DNA of 64,000 nt from the human T2T-CHM13v2.0 reference genome, Homo sapiens, in assembly GCF_009914755.1 (NCBI RefSeq), contig NC_060940.1; one strand, 5' to 3'. The notes beneath the pieces were generated by a model, which did not search any database, had not been told where the DNA came from, and saw nothing but the letters and a program-made list of their open reading frames with translations. Each line of letters opens with the position of its first letter. Position 1 is the stretch's first letter. A program made the translations under genes and the position numbers. Shown here piece after piece: positions 58,601 to 64,000 of this stretch.

Positions 58601-61600
58601 TTCCAATCGATGATGATTCCATTAGAGTCCATTTAATGATTCCATTGGATTCCAGTCTCTGATGATTACATTCGAGTCCATACGATGATTCCACTCAATT
58701 CCATATGATGATGATTCCATTTGATTCCATTCGGTGATTCCATTCTATTCTATTCAATGGTGATTCCATTCGAGTACATTAGATGATTCCATTCGATTCC
58801 ATTCAATGATGATTCTATTTGTGTCCCTTAGATGATTCCACATGATTCCATTAGATGATGATACTATTTGAGCCCATCCAATGATTCCCTTCGATTCCAT
58901 TCGATGAGGATTCCATTCGATTCAATTCATTGGTGATTCTATTCAATTCAATTCTTTGATTCCATTCCATTCCATTCGACAATGATTCCATTCGATTTCT
59001 TTCGATGATTCCACTCGATTCCACTTGACATTGATTCCATTCGATTCCATTCAATGATTCCATTTGATTCCAGTGGATGATGATTGCCATCGATTCCATT
59101 CGATCACTCCATTCTATTCCATTTGATGATGATTACATTCGATTCCATTTGATGATTCCATCTGATTCTATTCGAGGATTCCATTTGATTCCATTCGATG
59201 ATGATTCCATTCGAGTCCATTCGATGATTTCATTCGAGTACATCCAATGATTCCATTCGAGTCCATTAGATGATTCCATTTGATTCCATTTGAAAATGAT
59301 TCTACTAGAGTCCATTCAATGACTCCATTCGAGTCCATTCAACAATTCCATTCGACTCCATTCGATGATTCCATTCGATTCCATTTGATGGTTCCATTCG
59401 AGTCCATTTAATCATTACAGTCGAGTCCATTTGGTGATTCCACTGGATTTCTTTTGATAATGATACCATTCAATTACATTTGATGATGATCCCATTCAAT
59501 TTCATTGGATGATGATTCCATTAGAGTCCATTCGATGATTTCATTCGAGTCCCTTCATTGATTCCATCCGATTTCATTGGATGATGACTCCATTCGAGTC
59601 CATTCGATGATTCCAATCGATTCCATTAGATGACTCCATTGGAGTCCATTTGATTGTTCCATTCGATTCCATTCGATTCCTTTCGAAGATTATTCCATTT
59701 GAGTCCATTCGATGATGATTCCATTCCATTCCATTCGATGATTCCGTTTGATTCCATTCGATGATTCCCTTCGATTCCTTTCTTTGATGATTCCATTCCA
59801 TTCCATTCAATGATTCCATTCGAATCTATTCCATGATGATTCCTTTCGATTCCATTCGCTGATGTTTCCGTTCAATTCCATTCGATGATGATTCCATTCG
59901 ATTCCATTCATTGAGGATTCCATTTGATTCCATTCAATGATGATTCCATTCTATTCCATTCAATGATTGCATTCAATTCCATTCAATGATTATCCCCTTA
60001 GAGTAAACTCAACGATTCCATTCAATACCATTCGATGATGATTCCTTTTGAGTCCATTCAATGATTTCATTCAAGTCCATTTGATGATTCCTTTCAATTC
60101 CATTCTATGATGATTCCATTCGAGTCCATTCGATGATTCCATTCGATTGCATTCGATGATTCCATTATATTCCATTCAACGGTGATTCCATTCGAGTCCA
60201 TTCCATGATTCCATTAGAGTACATTTAATGATTGCTTTGTTTTCAATTCGAAGATGATTACATTGGATTCCATTCTATGATACCATTCGATTCCATTCAA
60301 TGATGATTCCACTCAAATCCATTGGATGATTCCATTCGTGTCCATTCGGTGATTTCATTAGATTCCATTCGAGGATGATTCCATTCGATTCCATTCGATG
60401 ATTCCATTCTATTCTATTCGATGATGATTCCATTCGATTCCATTCGATGATGATTGGATTCGATTCCATTTGATGATTTCATTTGATTCCATTCGTTAAT
60501 GATTTCGATCAATTCCATTCGATGATTCCATTCGATTCCATTCGATAATGATTACATCCGAGTCCATTCGATGATTCCCTTTGAGCCTGTTCGATAATTC
60601 CATTTGAGTCCAACCAATGATTCCATTCATTTCCATTCAATGATTCCATTCGAGTCCATTTGATCATTCCGGTAGGGTCCATTCGATGTTGATTCCATTG
60701 GAGTGCATTCGATGATTCCATTCGAGTCCATTTTAGGATTTGATTCGAGTCCTTTCGATGATTCCATTCGATTCCACTCGATGATTTCATTCGAGTCCAT
60801 TTGACACTTCCAATCGATTCCATTTGATGATTCCATTCGAGTCCAATTGATGATTCCATTCAATTCCATTCGATGATGATTCCGTACAATTCCATTCTGT
60901 GATGATTCCATGTGATTGCATTCAATGATGATTCCTTTCGATTGCATTCGATTATGATTCATTTCGTGTTCATTCTATGGTTCCACAGGTTTCCATTCGT
61001 GTCCATTCCATTATTCCATTCTATTCCATTTGATGATGATTCCATTCGATTCCATTCATTGGTGATTCCACTCAATTCCATTCAATGATTCCATTCCATT
61101 TCTTTCAACAATGATTCCATTAGTTTCTAATCGATGATCCACTTGATTCCATTTGACGACGATTCCATTCTTGTCCATTCGATGATTCCATTTGATTCCA
61201 TATGATGATGATTCCATTCGATTCCATACCATGATGATTCCATTCGAGTCCATTCAATGGTGATTCCATTCAATTCCATTCGATGATTCCTTTTGATTCC
61301 ATTCGATGATGATTGCATTCGATTCCTTTCAATCATTCCCTTTGATTCCATTCAAAAGTGATTTCATTCAAGTCCATTCGATAATTGCATTCGATTCCAT
61401 TCTATGATGATTCCATTCGAGTCCATTTGATGATTCCATTCAATTCAAGTCAATGATGATTCCATTCGATTCCATTCGATGATTCCATTGGATTCCATTC
61501 GATGATGATTCCATTCAAATCCATTCGATAATTCAATTCAAGTCCATTCGATGATGATTCCAATCGAATCCATTCAAAGATTCCATTCAGTTCCATTCGA

Positions 61601-64000
61601 TGATTCCCTTAGATTCCATTCGATGATTCCACTTGATTGCATTTACGATGATTCCATTCGATTCCATGTGATGATTCCATTCAATTCTATTCAATGATGT
61701 CTCCATTTGATTCCATTCGACCATGATTGCCTTTGATTCCATTCAATGATTCCATTCGGTTCCGTTTGATGATGATTCCGTTCGATTCCATTTGATGATT
61801 CCATTTGATTCCATTGGATGAGTCCATTCGATTACATTCGATGATTATTCCATTCGAGTGCATTAGATGATTCCATTCGAGTCCATTCGATGATTCCATT
61901 CGATTCCATTCGATGTTGATTCTGTTCAAATCCATTCGATGATTCCACTCGATTCCATTCGTTGACTCCATTTGATCCCATTCGATGATTTCCTTTGATT
62001 CCCTTTGATGATCATTCCATTTGATTCAATTCGGTGATTTCATTTGATTCCATTCAGTGATGTTTCCATTCGACTCCATTCGATGATGATTCCATTCGAC
62101 TCCATTCGATTATGATTTCATTCAATTCCATTCGATAATGATTCCCTTCGAGTCCATTCGATGATTCCATTCGATTCCATTCAACGATGATTTGATTCGT
62201 GTCCATTCGATGATTCCATTTGATTCCACTTGATGATGATTCCATTCGAGTCCATTTGATGATTCCATTCAATTCCATACTCCGATGATTTCTTTTGAGC
62301 CCACTCAATGCTTCCACTCGATTCCATATGATGATGACTCCATTCGATGAAATTCGATGATGATTCCATTCGCTTGCTTTCGATGATGATTCCACTTGAG
62401 TCCGTTAGAAGATTCTATTCAATTACATTCCATGACGATTCCGTTCGAGTCCATTTGATGATTCCATTAGACTCCATTCGACGATGATTCCATTCGATGT
62501 TATTCGATGATTCCATTCGATCTCATTCGATGATGATTCCATTCAACTCCATTCGATGTTTCCATTCGAGTTCATTCTATTATTCCATTAGATTCCATTC
62601 GATGATGATTCCATTCGATTCCATTTGATGATTGCATTCTATTTCATTTGATGATGATTCCATTCGAGTCCACTCGATGATTCCATTCGAGTCCATTTAA
62701 TGAATCCATTGGTTTCAATTCTATGATGATTACATTGGATTCCATTCGTTGATGATTTCATTCGGTTCCATTCAAGGATGATTCCATTCAATTCCTTTCA
62801 ATGTTTCCATTCAATTCCATACGATGATGATTCCATTTGATTTGATTCGACAGTGAGCCATTCGATTCAATTCCATGATGATTCTATTTGATTCAATTGG
62901 TTGACATTTCCATTCGATTCCATTCGATGATGATTCCCTTTGATTCCGTTCAAAGATGATTCCATTCTAGCCCATTCAATCATTCCATTCGATTCTATTC
63001 AATGATGATTCCATTCATGTCGATTTGGTGATTCCATTTGACTTCATTTGATGATGATTCCTTTCAAGTTCATTAGATGATTCCATTCGATTCCATTTGA
63101 TGATGATCCCATTCGAGTCCATTCAGTGATTCCATTCGTTTCCATTCCATGATGATTCCATTCCTTTCCATTCAATGATTCCATTCGATTCCGTTTGATG
63201 ATGATTTCATTCGAGTCCATTTGATGATTCCATTTGATTCCATTCGATGATGATTCCATTCGAGTCCATTCGATGATTCTATTCGAATCCATTTGATGAT
63301 TTCTTTTGATTATATTTGGTGATGATTCCATTGGAGTCCATTCAATGATTCCATTCTATTCCAATCGATGATGATTCCATTAGAGTCCATTTAATGATTC
63401 CATTTGATTCCAGTCTCTGATGATTACATTCGAGTCCATACGATGATTCCACTCAATTCCATATGATGATGATTCCATTTGATTCCATTCGGTGATTCCA
63501 TTCTATTCTATTCAATGGTGATTCCATTCGAGTACATTAGATGATTCCATTCGATTCCATTCAATGATGATTCTATTTGTGTCCCTTAGATGATTCCACA
63601 TGATTCCATTAGATGATGATACTATTTGAGCCCATCCAATGATTCCCTTCGATTCCATTCGATGAGGATTCCATTCGATTCAATTCATTGGTGATTCTAT
63701 TCAATTCAATTCTTTGATTCCATTCCATTCCATTCGACAATGATTCCATTCGATTTCTTTCGATGATTCCACTCGATTCCACTTGACATTGATTCCATTC
63801 GATTCCATTCAATGATTCCATTTGATTCCAGTGGATGATGATTGCCATCGATTCCATTCGATCACTCCATTCTATTCCATTTGATGATGATTACATTCGA
63901 TTCCATTTGATGATTCCATCTGATTCTATTCGAGGATTCCATTTGATTCCATTCGATGATGATTCCATTCGAGTCCATTCGATGATTTCATTCGAGTACA
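55640..64000 (+). repeat. Tandem 4,758-bp units (about 1.75 copies, running off the window end)
   Basis: ORF pairs 55869/60627, 57296/62054 and 58851/63609 are all 4,758 apart. Shared private variants include CAAAAGTG, GCTTGCTTTCG, GCCCACTC and ATACTCCG. The junction is at ~60397-60409. Confidence 0.9.

Larger units (their letters stand above)
1..64000 (+). repeat. Satellite II (HSat2/HSATII) pericentromeric tandem array, CATTC-rich strand on +
   Basis: Continuous diverged ATTCC/CATTC pentamers interspersed with GAT(GAT) form 23/26-bp units such as GATGATTCCATTCGATTCCATTC and GATGATGATTCCATTCGAGTCCATTC. The CATTCGA heptamer (TaqI TCGA, HinfI GANTC) is very frequent and long pure (CATTC)n runs are scarce, which separates HSat2 from HSat3. 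I saw no non-satellite sequence. Confidence 0.97.

Noticed and set aside
401-63857. Numerous 60-132-aa ORFs, nearly all on the minus strand (MESSNGIIEWNRM-like)
   Set aside because: They are translations of the GAATGGAATC repeat, which supplies ATGs and few stops on the minus strand, while the plus strand is full of TGA. They overlap in several frames, are low-complexity, resemble no domain I recognise, and gain or lose stops freely between copies. I used them only as positional landmarks.
1-64000. CRISPR-like array of 23-26-bp repeats
   Set aside because: There are no unique spacers between invariant repeats and no leader or cas genes; the units are contiguous degenerate satellite monomers.
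1-64000. Classification as HSat3, alpha satellite or telomeric repeat
   Set aside because: Pure (CATTC)n runs are rare and short and CATTCGA/GATGAT dominates. I saw no 171-bp monomer, CENP-B box or TTAGGG tract; isolated TTAGGG hexamers in module B (for example 401) are single chance matches.
1-64000. Inversion or transposon (Alu/L1/LTR) insertion
   Set aside because: I saw no GGAAT-oriented segment, poly(A) tail or non-satellite island. The unusual k-mers are short diverged monomers that recur in register.

Overview
The whole 64-kb window is one uninterrupted, single-orientation tandem array of primate classical satellite 2 (human HSat2/HSATII type). On the + strand it reads as diverged CATTC pentamers in 23/26-bp units such as (GAT)GATGATTCCATTCGAGTCCATTC. 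I found no credible gene, RNA gene, CRISPR array, transposon or inversion; the ORF track is an artefact of the repeat. The interesting structure is higher-order. Rare landmark k-mers resolve the array into three kb-scale modules: A (~2.3 kb), B (1,831 bp) and C (~3.8 kb). They combine as A+C (full length ~6,109 bp, with shortened 5,542- and 4,758-bp versions) or A+B (4,130 bp). The order is (b)A*C AB AC Ac aC AB AB AB Ac aC AC AC Ac ac, where lower case is a partial module and * is a patched copy. Above this sits an ~18-kb macro-duplication whose second copy grew to an offset of 27,611 bp through two extra 4,130-bp units, a 1-bp indel and a 1,299-bp insertion. Several breakpoints can be read to near-base resolution at 8-20-bp identical stretches. 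A ~6.1-kb unit fits my recollection of the chr16 pericentromeric HSat2B array, but this is unverified. All offsets were derived by hand from landmark motifs and ORF-track coordinates, so boundaries may be off by a few bases. I see no new protein-coding system here.
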